Below, one piece after another: positions 24,794 to 37,815 of a stretch of DNA of 60,585 bases. This DNA is from Saprolegnia diclina VS20. Its lineage: Eukaryota. The position numbers and the translations under genes were made by a program. The notes beneath the pieces are model-generated. The model saw only the letters and a list, made by a program, of their open reading frames with translations, made no database searches and was not told where the DNA came from. Each line of letters opens with the position of its first letter. Position 1 is the stretch's first letter. The stretch is from contig NW_008246068.1 of NCBI RefSeq assembly GCF_000281045.1, forward strand, positions 993,441 to 1,054,025. The letters are read 5' to 3'.

Positions 24794-25552
24794 CTAGATA
24801 GTTATGCCCGGCGACGTAGCTTCCTCTGGTAGTATCGTCGAACGCTGCTCGTTGGTCGTGTCGTCGTTCTCGTCGTCACCGGAGAGCCGTTTGATCTTGG
24901 GATGCTTGCCGCGCGCCGTACTTGGAAGGCTCTGGTCCTTGAGGTACATCTCGGTCCACTGCCGAATGAGCTTGCCGCGGTACCCGACGGGCTTGGTCGG
25001 GAAGAAGAGCCGCGCAATCTCCTCCGACTTGGCCATGCGCTTGACCTCGACGCCCCGAAACGAGTTGTTGACGTCGGTAAGGTACGTCAAGTAGGCCAGA
25101 ATCGACATGTACCGCAGCAGGTCGTAGTGCGAGAGCTTGTTGGAGCGCGGCCCTACCGTCGACGACTCGAGGATCGTGGTCATGACCTTGAGCTGCTGGA
25201 TACAGGATCGCATGTGCAGCAAGTCGTGGCACAAAGCGTCGTCGTCTTGCGCTTCGTCTGTGACGACAGGTACCAGTACATCGCTGCTTGCGGCGAACTT
25301 GGTGACCAATGACGCCTTCTCCTCCTTGTTCAAGAGGCGCGTGAGCGCTTCGACTGGCTCGCGTGGCAGGTAGCAGGAGCGCTTGGCCAGCGCGTTGGCG
25401 TCAGCCGCCTCCGGCTTGGTACGCTTTCGGTTGATCGTGGTCGAGACCACATTCGGTGCCTCCTTGCGCGGCGGAAGGCCCATCGTCCTGCGCTCGAGGG
25501 CGGCTGCCTGCATGCGCTTGATGTGTGCCATGCGCTTCGTCGGCCGACCCAT
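24794..25552 (-). CDS. Hypothetical intronless protein with C-terminal region resembling the N-terminal DNA-binding part of Tc1/IS630-like transposases
   Basis: Open 252-codon frame with GC-rich third positions. Contains the motif SEEIARLFF..YRGKLIRQWTEMYLKDQSLPSTARGKHPKIK. Confidence 0.65.
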   Translation of the reverse strand: MGRPTKRMAHIKRMQAAALERRTMGLPPRKEAPNVVSTTINRKRTKPEAADANALAKRSCYLPREPVEALTRLLNKEEKASLVTKFAASSDVLVPVVTDEAQDDDALCHDLLHMRSCIQQLKVMTTILESSTVGPRSNKLSHYDLLRYMSILAYLTYLTDVNNSFRGVEVKRMAKSEEIARLFFPTKPVGYRGKLIRQWTEMYLKDQSLPSTARGKHPKIKRLSGDDENDDTTNEQRSTILPEEATSPGITI

Positions 25553-25661
25553 TATTGCGCTCTGCCAATACCGGATACCATATCCGGACAACGACCATAT
25601 TCCGCCAATCAACGAGCGGCTTCCATTTTTGGCTTCGAAATTTCGGAATGATCACAACAAC

Positions 25662-27137
25662 ATGGCGATGGGCAAAAGCCGTCGCGTCGCCATCATTGGC
25701 GCTGGCGTCTCGGGGCTTGGGCTCGCGATCCAGCTCCAGCGCTCGGGCCGGCATGACGATGTCGTGCTCTTTGAGAAGGCGAGCGACCTCGGCGGGACGT
25801 GGCGCGACAACACGTACCCCGGCGCCGAGTGCGACGTCGAGGCCGAGCTGTACACGTTTTCGTTCGAGCCCAACCCGTTGTGGTCGGCGACGTACCCGAG
25901 CCAAGCCGAGATCTTGGCGTACCTCGAGCATTGCGCGACCAAGTATGACGTCCGACGCCGTATCCGCTTCAACACGACGATCGACCACATCGTATACGAC
26001 GCGACAAGTCGCACGTACCTTCTCACGACCACCGCCGGCGACAGTGAGACCTTTGACGTCGCCGTCTCGGCCGTCGGGTTGCTCCACCGACCGTTCGTGC
26101 CCGAGATCCCCGGCGCGTCGACGTTTGCTGGCGCGGCGTTTCACTCGGCCGCCTGGGACCACAGCGTCGATTTGCGCGGTAAGCGGGTTGCACTCGTCGG
26201 GTCGGCCGCCAGCGCCATCCAGATCGGGCCTGCGCTCGCACCGATCGCGTCGCAGCTGGTCCTCTTCCAGCGCAGTGCCCACTGGGTGATCCCAAAGAGC
26301 GTCCGTCGCTTTTCGTCGACCGAGATGTGGCTGGCGCGCCGCTGGTCGTGCTACCACCGCGCGCGGCGCTGGTTCTGGTACCTCCTCCGCGAGCGCATCG
26401 TGTACTTTGTGCTCTGGCGTCACTACGTGGGATGGCTCCGGGTGATCTTTGCCTGCGGCTCGCAGCTCTTCTTGCGGTGGCACGTAGGCGACCCAGCGAC
26501 GCGCGCCCTGCTGACGCCGTCGTACCCGTTTGGCGGCAAGCGCGTCTTGGTCTCGGACGACTACTACCCCATGTTCAAGCGCCACAACGTGTCGATCGAG
26601 TCCAAGCCGATCGCGCGCGTCATGGCCGACGGGCTCACGACGACCGACGGCGCTGTCCACAAAGTCGATGCGATCGTCTTTGCCACCGGGTTCACGCCCA
26701 CGTCGTTTCTAACGCCCATGGGCGTTCGCGGCGTCGGTGGCCAGCGCCTCCACGACGCCTGGGACGGCTACCCGCACGCGTACCTCGGCATGCAAGTGCA
26801 CGGGTTTCCCAACTTTTTCATGATGTATGGGCCCAACACCAACTCGGCCCACAGCTCGATCGTGCTCATGAGCGAAGCGCAAGCCAACTACATTGTGCAG
26901 TGCTTGCGGGCGCTCGATGCGCAAAACGCGGACGTGATGGACGTGACGAGCGAGGTGAACGGAGCGTACCAGCGCGAGATGGCGCGCCGCTGCGAGACCA
27001 TGATCTGGGCCGACGTCGCCGCGTCACCATACAAGGACGCGACAAGCGGCAGAATCACAACCATGTGGCCTGGCCCGATGCGCGAGTACGTCGCTCGGAC
27101 GCGCAGCGTCAACGTCGGCGACTACACGTTTGGTTGA
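25662..27137 (+). CDS. Flavin-containing monooxygenase, Baeyer-Villiger type (intronless)
   Basis: GAGVSG Rossmann motif, GGTWRDNTYPG, BVMO fingerprint FAGAAFHSAAWD (FxGxxxHxxxWD), second motif VGSAASA, ATGF and FPNFFMMYGPNT. Confidence 0.92.
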   Translation: MAMGKSRRVAIIGAGVSGLGLAIQLQRSGRHDDVVLFEKASDLGGTWRDNTYPGAECDVEAELYTFSFEPNPLWSATYPSQAEILAYLEHCATKYDVRRRIRFNTTIDHIVYDATSRTYLLTTTAGDSETFDVAVSAVGLLHRPFVPEIPGASTFAGAAFHSAAWDHSVDLRGKRVALVGSAASAIQIGPALAPIASQLVLFQRSAHWVIPKSVRRFSSTEMWLARRWSCYHRARRWFWYLLRERIVYFVLWRHYVGWLRVIFACGSQLFLRWHVGDPATRALLTPSYPFGGKRVLVSDDYYPMFKRHNVSIESKPIARVMADGLTTTDGAVHKVDAIVFATGFTPTSFLTPMGVRGVGGQRLHDAWDGYPHAYLGMQVHGFPNFFMMYGPNTNSAHSSIVLMSEAQANYIVQCLRALDAQNADVMDVTSEVNGAYQREMARRCETMIWADVAASPYKDATSGRITTMWPGPMREYVARTRSVNVGDYTFG

Positions 27138-27367
27138 CGCGCGATCACTTTTTGTTCGAGCAGTTGTATGTCAAGCCATTATTTTAGCAAGGTCATAAAC
27201 TCTTGGCTTTAGCTATGAACAATAAGCTAATTGTCTATTAGATTTACTCTAGTAGCCTAGTTATACTGGTGCAGAATGGGCACAGTCGCAGGTTGTGGAG
27301 CAATGTGGTCGCAGCTTCGTCCACTTTGCACCACAATGAAGAGTGTTGGTCATTCCGAGATCTTGCC

Positions 27368-29744
27368 ATGATGCGCATGCTCGCATGGGTGGTGCTGGGG
27401 AGCACGGCTGCAGTGGCGACCGCCTGCGCGACGTACACCGCTTGCCTCGACGACGCCCGCGCGATCGTCGCCAACATGGTTGACCATGATGCACTGATGC
27501 GATCGACGGCTAACCACGTGGCTGTAGACGGTCGAGGCCATGGCCGCGCAGATGACGCAGCTCGACATTGGCCAAGTGCTCAACAGCGACTTGACATTGA
27601 ACGAAGCCCAAGTCGAAGCGTACGCGACGCTCGGCATTGGCTCGTACCTCAACTCGCCCTTTGCGGGTGGCCCAAAGGGTGCCACGTACGGCTGGAACGC
27701 CACCGAATGGCGCGCTATCCTCACTCGTATCCAGGCCATTCATAAGAAGATCGATGGCCACCCGATCCTCTTTGGCCTCGACTCGGTGCACGGCGCCAAC
27801 TACGTCGCCAACGCCGTGCTCTTCCCGCACCAGATCAACGCCGGCGCTAGCTTCAACCGCCGTCTCGTCCACGAGCTTGGGTATTACACGGCGCGGGATA
27901 CGGTCGCCGCGGGCATTCCGTGGATCTTTGGCCCGATCCTCGACGTGACGTCGCACAAGGCGTGGCCGCGCGTGTACGAGACCTTTGGCGAAGACCCGTA
28001 TCTGGTCACGCAAATGGCCTCCCAGATCGTGCACGGTATGGATTCTCAAAAACTACATTTTCTAAAACGAGGGGTAGGGCTACAGGACAACCACACGATC
28101 GCAGCGTGCTTCAAGCACTTTATCGGGTACGCCGCAACACCATCGGGTCACGACCGCGACCCGATCACGCTCTCCGACTACGAGATTCTCAACTACTACA
28201 TGCCGCCGTTCAAGGCCGCGATCGACGCGGGCGCCCTCAGTGGCATGATGAACTACGTGTCGCTCAACGGCGTGCCCATGGGCGCGAACCGCAAGATGCT
28301 CGTCGATCTGCTGCGAGGTGCTTTGGCATTCGAAGGTATGCTCGTGACGGACTGGGGCGTCATCGACGACCTCGCCGCGTTTCACCACGTCGCCGCCACC
28401 GAGGAAGAGGCCGTCCAACTCGCGCTCAACGAAACCTCGATCGACATGAGCATGGACGCGACGCACACACGCTTTATTGACCACGCGGTTGCGCTCGTCC
28501 ACTCCGCGACGATCCCGAAACAGCGACTCGCGCTGGCTGCCGAGCGCATCATCGCTCTCAAATTGCACTTGAAGTTGTACGAAACGCCAGTGCCGGGGGC
28601 TGACAGCGTGCCACGTGTCGGGGATGCCGACAGCATCCAATCAGCGCTCGCCATGGCGCGCGAGTCGATCGTGCTCGTCCAGAACCGCGGCAACGTGCTC
28701 CCACTGCATTCGTCGTCGGCACCGAGTCTCTTGCTCACGGGACCGTCTCTCGACAGCATCGGGCACCTCTGCGGCGGCTGGTCGCTCGGATGGCAAGGCA
28801 CTTCGGGCAATGCAATGTTTCCGCATGGTCGCTCGGTGCTCGCGGCGTTCCAAGCACGGCTTGGCAATGTCACACACGCAACGGACGTCACGACCGCACT
28901 GGCGATGACCACTGTCGCCGAGTACACTGTCGTCGTGCTGGGCGAAGGTCCGTACGCGGAAAAGCCCGGCGATATCGACGACCTCTCGCTGCCGCTCGAC
29001 CAGCTTTTGTACGTGCGCTCGCTTGCAACGACGCCGACCAAGATCATTCTCGTGCTGCTCCAAGGCCGACCGCGGCTGCTCCACGATTTGCCTGCGCTCG
29101 TCCACGCCATTGTGCATGCGGGTTTGCCCTGTGAGATGGGCGGCGATGCCATTGTCGACATCCTCTTGGGCGTCATTAGCCCGAGCGGTCGGCTACCGAT
29201 CACGTACCCGCGATCCCCGAGCGACGCCAACGTCGTTCACTACCACCCGCAAGACCATGGTTGTCGGGTCGGGTCTCTCTTCGGGGAATGTTTGCACCAG
29301 TGGCCGTTTGGCGCTGGTTTGAGCTACACGCGATTCCAGTACCACGGAGCGCACGCCGCTCTGGCCAAGGACGCGTTGCAGCTGACCGTGACGGTCGCCA
29401 ACGTCGGGGCTACCTCGGGTGACGAGGTGGTTCTGATCTTTCTGAAAGAGGCCACGCGCCAGCGTCACGTGCCCGAGGCGAAGCGCCTTGTGTTTTTTGA
29501 CAAAGTCCGTTTGGCGCCGGGCGACTCGACGACTGTACGGGCGACGCTGTCTCTACAGACGCTTGGGAGCTACTTTGGCCCTGTGGGCGAGACCCCGATC
29601 AAGTCGCCCCTCGAGGGCGTGTTTACAGTCCAGTTTACTATCGCACCTTGTGACGTTGACCCGACGCTCTGTGTGACGCTGACGACTGCAGCAAAGAAGA
29701 AGAAGTCGCTGGTCTTTGAGGGACCTGACGTGCTACTCGCGTAG
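27368..29744 (+). CDS. Secreted glycoside hydrolase family 3 beta-glucosidase (copy 1)
   Basis: Signal peptide, FGLDSVHG, WPRVYETFGEDP, CFKHF, nucleophile region LVTDW, LGEGPYAEKPGD, PSGRLPITYP and FGAGLSYT. Two short introns. Confidence 0.93.
27572..28373 (+). repeat. 802-bp near-identical inverted repeat shared with 39462..40263
   Basis: Reverse-complement comparison by eye shows about 6 substitutions and no indels, with the intron included. Confidence 0.9.
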
Positions 29745-30678
29745 GACAAGTGGTCTCAATCAACATTTGTGTTGTGGCATCGAAATCGATATCCTAATCG
29801 TTTTATTGTATGACATTGCGACCGTGCGTGGACATTGGTTGCATGGGTACTACAATGAGTGGTGTTTAGGGAATTATGACCTTGTGGTTCTTCTTTTTTG
29901 CCACATTTGGTGAATGATGAGGACAATATACTACGTGGTTTACTAACTCGATCTAGCTGTTGGTGACATCGTTGTTGGTGACGTTGTTGTTGATCGACTG
30001 TGAACAAACTGGCTCAGGCAGGATCGCAGGTTTTAGGCTCACTGTTTATTATAATACTTGGTTCCAGTATGTGATAAAATACATTGTCCTAGTGCTGTGA
30101 GTGGCCAAATCCTTTCGATTTTAAGCCAATGGAATACGAGGCGGTGGTGGCACTGCTGCACGCGAGGCCGCTTGATGCGCCAAATCGCGTCGGAAAATGA
30201 TTTCGCCCCAAGTTGGCACATCAATAGAGGTCACATTGGAGAGCTTATCTCGCCATGTCTCGTCGCCGGGCGAGGCGTACAACGCGAGTTATTCCTCGAG
30301 CTATTAAATATGGTACGTGCCATATATAAACACACATAGCCACATTTTGCGTATCTTGCGGGTCGATGTTTGACAGCGTCGCTGTCAGTCTTATACCTAC
30401 AAGTGCATCGACCTCGCCCGTTGCGCTGACGGGGACGCCATCGAGTCTCAATACTACGGGAGGTCTATGATGACTACTAGTATCAGGTTGCTCTGTAGTA
30501 ATAACCCCAACTCAATTGAGAATTGAGAATATTCCGAGAAGATCCTCCCTTTTTACGGCGCTTGTGTGGCGTTGATACTCGTATTTCGCTTTCAAACGAC
30601 ACATATCAAACGTCAAAAGTCGAGATACCATTGATGCCAATCGTGTTCCAAGAGTCGACCCAAAACAATGGCGTCGTC

Positions 30679-32578
30679 TTACGACGACTCGGCGATCGAC
30701 CGGACCGTCGCGAGGGCGTCCGAAATCGAGTTGGCAAACTTCGCGCTGTCGCTCTCGTTGCTGTCCTTGAAGCTCGTAATGTTGATCGGGATCGTCTCGT
30801 TCTGGATGAGGTACCCGAGACCGTACCCGGACGGCACGACCGCACCAAAGGTAAAGTAGCTCAAGAACGGCATCGTCACGTTGCTCGTCGAGAGCTGGTA
30901 GTGCGAGCTCTTGGCGCGGACCGGCGAGCTCAAAAAGTCGTGCGCAATACCCGCCTTGCTCGCCGTGTCGTTGAGCATCGTCAAATGGCGGTCGCAGCCC
31001 AGGCCTTGCTGCGCCTCTTTCGCCAAGCTCACGTGGCGGTCCACCGCCTTTTTCAAAAACTCCTTTTGCGACGCCATCGACGCGTCCGAAGTGACGGCCG
31101 ACACGAACCGCTGCGCCTCGCTCGTCGCCGACCGGATCGTCTCGGTGCGGCCGTGGAAGAACGCGCGCGTCGAGCAGCTCTCGTACGTCGGCGCGACGTG
31201 GCCGTGCTGGCGGAAGTACGCCAACTGGTAGGCCATTTGCACGGCGCCGTCCGGGCTCATGCCCCAGTTCTTGATCGTGTTCTTGCCAAAGCCGTCAAAC
31301 GACAGCAAGTGCGAGTCCGTGTTGCCAATGTCCTTGGCCGACACTTGCTCGGCCGTCGCGATCGCTTGATGGATTGTCGGCGAGAGCGACCACGCCAAAG
31401 CCTCAGCGGCCGGCGCCGCAAACGTCGTTGTCGCCGTCAGCGGCGAGAACCCCGAGTCCGACTGCCGCATGTCGTGCCACGTCTCGTGGAGCCAGCGGTT
31501 CCACGCCGTGCCGTCCGAGAACGTATGCTCAAAGTTGACAGCGAGATGACCGTCGCCGTACATGAGCACTTGGTGCTTGTCGAACCAGCGGTTGGACCCG
31601 TTGCCGTGGAGCGTCATGGCCGTGAGCTCCGAGCCCGAGTAGCTCTTTTCGTCGAGGACGAGCACGAGCAGCGCCGAGTCGATGGCCTCGATCGACGCCT
31701 TGTTGGTCGCATCGTCCGCAATAAGCGTAGCACGCACCGACGCCCACGTATCACGATCTTCGGCGGTCAAGGCGGCAATGTTGGGTGCATCCGAGACCTT
31801 GGTCTGCATGATGCGGGCGAGCTGCGCCTCGAGCGACGCCGGCGAGACGACGTCCTTCCCGCGCGCGTCGAGCACCTGCACCTTGTAGAACGCATTGTCC
31901 TTGAGAACGACAATGTGCGTCGACGTCGGGTGGAACGCCAGCGCATCGCAGCCCGTTTGCGGGATCTTGGCCGTGCCGAGCTGCTTGGCGAGCGACGACA
32001 TGCACTGCTTCGGGTCTTGCTCGAGCTCGCCCGCCTTGACTTTTTGAAACCACTTGAGAAGCGACGTGACAAACTTGGACGTGCGCACGAGCGGGTCGGC
32101 CAAGACCGAGCCTGGCGCTTCGTCGACGAGGCCATAGCTACAACGTGTGCATGAGACGATTGCTGTTTGGATGCAATGAAGATGCGTACCCAGGGTTGAC
32201 GTTGATCGGGTTCGGGTATCGGCCACCGAGGTACATCTTGTCCCACCACGCCTCAATGTACGAGAAGGGATAGGCGCGGCCCATGACGTTGACAAACTCT
32301 TGCTTGAACAGCTCATCCTGGAGCTGGCGACCGACCGACCGGTTGGCGCCGAGGCCAAAGTCCTCAACGAGCTTCTTGTGCTCCTTGTACTCGGCCGCCG
32401 AGACGAGCGGCTGGACCGAGCGCAGGTAGCGCTCCAGCGTCTCGTTGAGCTGGGGCACGGGCAGGCGCGGGAGGTCGTAGTCGTTGTTGTCGACCATGCG
32501 CAAGAACCAGCTCGGGTGCTTGGTCGTCGTCGAGAGGGACCGCGCCAGGCGGCGCGACGCCGGTACCATGAGCTTCAT
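30679..32578 (-). CDS. Choline/carnitine O-acyltransferase, probably mitochondrial (2 exons)
   Basis: Transit-like N-terminus, LPRLPVPQLNETLERYLRSVQPL, WWDKMYL, NRWFDK, catalytic NFEHTFSDG, SPDGAVQMAYQLAY, TYESCSTRAFFHGRTETIR and LSTS. Confidence 0.93.
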
Positions 32579-33271
32579 CTTGGGAATCTCGAAATGGATT
32601 GCGTCAACCACGCCACAGATCCCGATCGTCCGGATACGCCGGATACGCCAACTCAACGTGGCATGTGCCACTTCAAAGACGCGTCGACGTTCCTTTGGCT
32701 TCCTCGACATCCTCGGGACGAGAGAGCTCTGTCGAGGAGCTCGAGCGATGTATAGAAGCATCGCTGGACAAGCCAAACATGCATACATCGATATATGTGT
32801 GAGCGCGTGTACGTGTGACGCCGCCAAGGGCCGTGGTAGGCAAGATCTTCTGCACCTGGTCCAAGGCCACTGGGCCAGTGACGCTCTTGACAGAAGGAAT
32901 ATCCTGCCCCATCCTTCCAAGGATACTACTACATTATACTTGCCATTGGTTCAAGCCATCGCCGCAGGTCACTTCATCCGGGGCAGCCTTCGTCCCGGAG
33001 CTTGCGCCACAATACATGTGCAAATTCGTGTTGATGTATCGCGGAGTGCACTCGTGCGCTTCTCGTTGCGCCATGTTCTTGCACGCGCAGTCGACGACGT
33101 GACGCGCCGATCTCACAAACAAAATGGTGTCACGGTCCCACTCTTGCGTCATTTCGCCCTCGTGGCAGCCTCTGCGGCCGTTGTACAATGTGGCATGTGC
33201 CACGTTTAAAATACAAGCACCAGGCGTTTTCCAAAACGGTCAGCGGGGCATGGCCGACGAGCCGCGGGGCG

Positions 33272-36200
33272 ATGGCGACGACGCTGCGAACGATAAGATC
33301 TCAGTCCGACCCGAGTACGTCTCTGCCGTCTACGGTCGTAGGCGCAGCGGCTAAGCGTGTACAACTTGTCCTTAGCTTTGTGCTCGGCGTGCGCGGGCCG
33401 ATCCAGAGCAACGTCGAGTTTTGCTCGGACGCGACCTTGCTCTTTCCGACCGCACACCACCTCGGGCTCTACAACGTCGACCGCAAGACGATGGAGTTCT
33501 TCCACCCGACGCGGGGCATTCGGTCGGTCCAGAGCATGTGTCTCTCGACCAACAAGGAGCTCCTCGTCGTCTGCGAGCAGTCGGGCCAGCGCTTCGCTCG
33601 CAACAACATTAGCGACCAGCTCGGCGTGACGCCCAACCAAATCTCCATCTACAAGGTGCTCACCCGCGCGCGGCTCAAGACGCTGCCGTCGCAGTCGCAC
33701 GCGCCGATTCTCTCCGTGGCCTTCTCGGCCGACAACAAGTGCCTCGTGACGCTCGAAGACGCGCCAACGTACCGCATCGCATATTGGAAGTGGGCAACCT
33801 CCAAGCTCGTGGCCCATGCGCCGTGCCCGTCGCGGGGCACACGCATCCGGATGTCGCCGTTCAACCCCAACTTCGTGACTGTCTCGGGGCCCATGGTGCT
33901 GCGCTCGTGGACACTTACGACCGCGACGGACTTGCGCATGAGCAGCCTCGTGCCGCAGATCCGCGAACAGGAGCACTTTGTCGACCACGTGTGGGTCCGG
34001 CAGTACCTAGTGACGATTTCGGAAGTCGGGACGCTCCTTATCTTTCAAGGCGCTGACGACGGCGTCGAGCTCGTGCACTCGACCAAGCTCAGCGCGCTCC
34101 AAGCTACGTTTCAAGTCGGCAAAGTCCAAACCATTAGCGCCAGCGCCAAAGGCTTCGTCCTCGGCGGCACGTCGGGTCTCTTCAGTGTGTTTGAGTTCTC
34201 GGTTGCCTCTCGCTGTATCACCAACGTTTCAATGTATCAACTTGATATTCTAGGACGACCCGAAAGACCCATTCATTCTCATTCGGTCCATGTCGGCCGG
34301 CGACTTTGCCATCGAGAGCGTTGCGATCTCGCCCAACTGCGAGATTGCAGTTGCCTACACGGACACGCAGCGGCTTGTGACCTTTGCGATGGGGTCGATC
34401 GACGTCGTTCAAGACAGTGCGACCGAGTTTCGCGACCTCATTCCCAACGTACACTCTCTACATACCAAGTACCAAAGTGATGCGCAAGCCAGGGCACGCA
34501 CGCCGGCGCGATTCTGGCCGTCGACGTCTGCCTTCAAAAACCGCTGCTGGTCTCCTGCGGTGTCGACAAGTCGTTGCGGTCGTGGAACTACCACCTTGGG
34601 ACGTACGAGGTCGTGGCGACGCTCACCGAAGAGCCGACGACGCTGAGCTTGCACCCTGCTGGCTTTCAGGTCGTCGTCGCTTTCAAGGAGCGCGTCCGCA
34701 TCTACAATTTGATCCAAGAAGGCCTTCGGGTGCTGCGGGACTTTAGCATGAAAGCGTGCAGCGTGCTGCGCTTCGCCAACGGCGGCCATGTGTTTGCGTG
34801 CGGCGCTGGCTTGACCGTGTACATTTACTATACCTATACGGTACGTGTTGTCGTAGTGTGCAAAGTGGACACATTGTCGGTAGTGCGACCTCGCGTACAC
34901 GCTCACGGGCCACATCAACACGATTCAGTGCTTGGCGTGGAGCGCCGACGACCTTTTGCTCTACTCGGCCGGCAACGACGGCACAACGTACTGCTGGAAT
35001 GCGACCAACGGTACTAGGCCGTTCGACGGGGCGCGTATAGCATAGCAACTAGGGAATCGCTGCGATGACATGCAGCTCGTGGTCAAGCACTGCAAGATCA
35101 CGGCCACCGTCGTCGACCACCTCAACCCAAAGCTCGTCGCTATCGCGGGCTCGGACGGCCATCTGCGCGAAGTCGTTGCCGGCGACGAGACCAAGAGCCT
35201 GGATCTGGGTGTACCGCTCACGGCCCTCGCCCTCACGAAGTCCAACCGGTTGGCTTTGGCGGTTGCATTTGAACATATACCATCGCATATGTAGATGGCT
35301 CTTTGTTGGCACACGCACGGGCTGTATCTACGTGTTTCCATGGCCCCTCGGCGCCCAGGCCGTACCCAACCAAGATCTGAGTGTGCACAGCGAGCCAATC
35401 ACGACGCTCCGGCTCACGGACGACGACCGCGTCCTCGCCAGCGCGTCCCAGGACGGGTGTCTCGTGCTCTTCAAGGTCGATGAAAACATGGCCGGGCTTC
35501 CCGACGACGTGATCCACCGGCCAAAAGCGCTTGCCACCGACGCGGTCCTCGTCTCGCGCGAAGAAATCGAAGACAAGAACGAGCAGCTCACCGACATTTT
35601 GCAGAAATACGAGCAAGTCAAGAGCGACATGGACTTTTCGCTCCATAGCAAAGAGAACGAGTGGCTTGACCGCATGCGCCTCCTCAAGGACGAGTGCGAG
35701 CACTCGCTCGTTCAAGAGCGGATTCGGTACATTTTTTCAATCCCGACGTAGGACTCAGCGAATCCACTAGGTACGAGGAGCTCGAGATGCGGTACCAAAG
35801 CGCACTGCGCAAGCACAGTGAAGAATTTGCCCAGAAAGAGTCGAATCATGCCAAGTTTTCGCAGGTCCATAATTTCCTATTTTGGAGAAAAACGCAACAC
35901 TACTTTCTCCATCATTAGGAACTCGAAAATCGCTACGAGCACAAATTGGCGATGGAAATTGCGCGCTACGACCGACTCTCGGAAGAGATGGAGCTCACGC
36001 GACAGCAATGCGCAGCGCTCATCGAGTCGCAGGAGAAACAGCAACGCGCGGTCTTGGACGGGGAGCGCCGCGCCGCCAACGCCCGTGCCAAAGAACAGGT
36101 CCATCGTCGTCTCCGTGGCTCGCTCAAGCAAACGCATTGGACGTAGGTCGAGCTCATCAAGCGCGTCAAGGACGACCTCTCGTACAACCACGTGAAATTC

Positions 36201-37815
36201 GAGGAAATTCTCAGTCAGCAAGAAGAAGACTACGAGTTTCAGCTCCAAAAGCTCAAGGCCGAGTACGAAGAGCAATTGGCGGGCGAGCGCCAAAACACAG
36301 CCATCAAAGAGACGCAAATCACGGGCAAAAACAGCAAGCTCGATTCGCTCAAAAAGAAAATCCAAGAACTCAAAGCCAACGCGTCGGCACGGGGTACATT
36401 TTGTTCAAATTTGCAAAATGGACCGAATGTCAACTGTGGGACATTAGACATCTTGCTGTCGACCGAACGCGCCAAAACCGCCAAGCTCGAAGCCGCGCTC
36501 ACCAACTATGAAAAGTACTTTGACGCGCTGCAAAAGAACATTGATGAGAAAGAGAAGAACGTCCAGAGTCTAAAAGCCACCAACCATGTCCTCGAGAGCT
36601 TCCGGTTTGTGCTCGACAACCGCGTCGAAGAGCTCCAGAACGAGAAAGCGCCGATGCAAAAGCTCATTGCAGGCCTTGAAATGCACATTCACGACGTCCA
36701 AGACGAAATGGTTGACGAATTTCATCACAAGGACGTCATGGACGAGACGCTCGCAGCGCGCGACATCAAGATCAAAGCGCTGACCAACGAAGTCAACGCG
36801 CTGCGGCTTCAAACGCGCAAGAAGGAGTCGACGATCGGCGCCATGACGCGCGAGTTTGCGCGCATCGTGCTCATCTCCAACCCAAAGGAGCTCGAGCGCG
36901 CCGTCAAGGACGCCTACATCGTCTACGTCAAGGGCGAAGCGCCCAAGTCCAAAAAGTACAATGCGACCTCGTCCATCTTGAGTTCGCCGAGCAAGCCGGC
37001 ACTCGCCGACGCACCCTTGCTCGCCGACGACAACAAGGAGGTCGTCCAAGAGACGTGCAAGCAGCTCACGTACATGCACCGATCGGTCGCGACGCTCAAA
37101 AATGCGCTCCAGCATGCAAAGAACGAAGCCGAGCACCACCACCGCGATGCGATCACCGAAGGCAACATTCTCCTCCAAGACATGAACCAGCTGCGCAAAA
37201 AGAACAAGACCCTCGAACTCAAGGTCAAAGAGCTCGAAAGCGCCCTGTATTTGGCCGAGACGGCCAAGAAGAAGCGCGCCGTGCAGTCGTCGCCTGCGGC
37301 CAAACTCTCCCCGCTCTTGCGCAAGGCGTCGTCGTCAACAGCGTTGGCGTCGCCCGGTCGGCTCGTCGTCGGCAGTGTTTTGCCGTTCACGGCGATCGAA
37401 CGCGAGCGCGACCTGCACAAGGTGGCGTCCATGCCGGCCGTGCACGAGTACCAAACCAAGATCGACAAGCAGACCCGCGAGATCCAGCGCCTCAAGACCC
37501 AAGTCCAGCTCCTTCTGGAACAGGAAGCGAGCAAGCGTACACTGGATACTTGGATCGATGGTAGATTGATCGAACGATGTAGAGGACGCGGATCCGGCAC
37601 GGGGGGTGGGTAGCCTCTTGCTGCCGACGTACCCCCAGCCCCCGTCGCTCGCGGCGAGCCCGACTGCCGCGCAGACAATTCACAGTATCTCGCGCAAAAC
37701 CGACTCGACGTTCAGCTACTTGGCCATGCAGCCATTGCCCAACAACGATGAAGACGACGATCCTTATGGCGACCATGCAGAGGCCCCCAGTCCATTTAAA
37801 ACCCTCTCAATGTAG
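33272..37815 (+). CDS. CFAP57: Cilia- and flagella-associated protein 57 (WDR65)-like: WD40 repeats plus long coiled coil (multi-exon)
   Basis: N-terminal FVLGVRGPIQSNVEF..LLFPTAHHLGLYNVDRKTMEF, WD motifs (KPLLVSCGVDKSLRSWNY, SLHPAGFQVVVAF, FANGGHVFA), then a coiled coil with QQEEDYEFQL and HVLESFRFVLDNRVEEL. Confidence 0.85.

Noticed and set aside
30523..32154. Long antisense ORFs (e.g. 543 aa here; also 57601..59160, 25401..26660, 44008..44943)
   Set aside because: They are shadows of GC-rich real genes on the opposite strand and carry no recognisable motifs.
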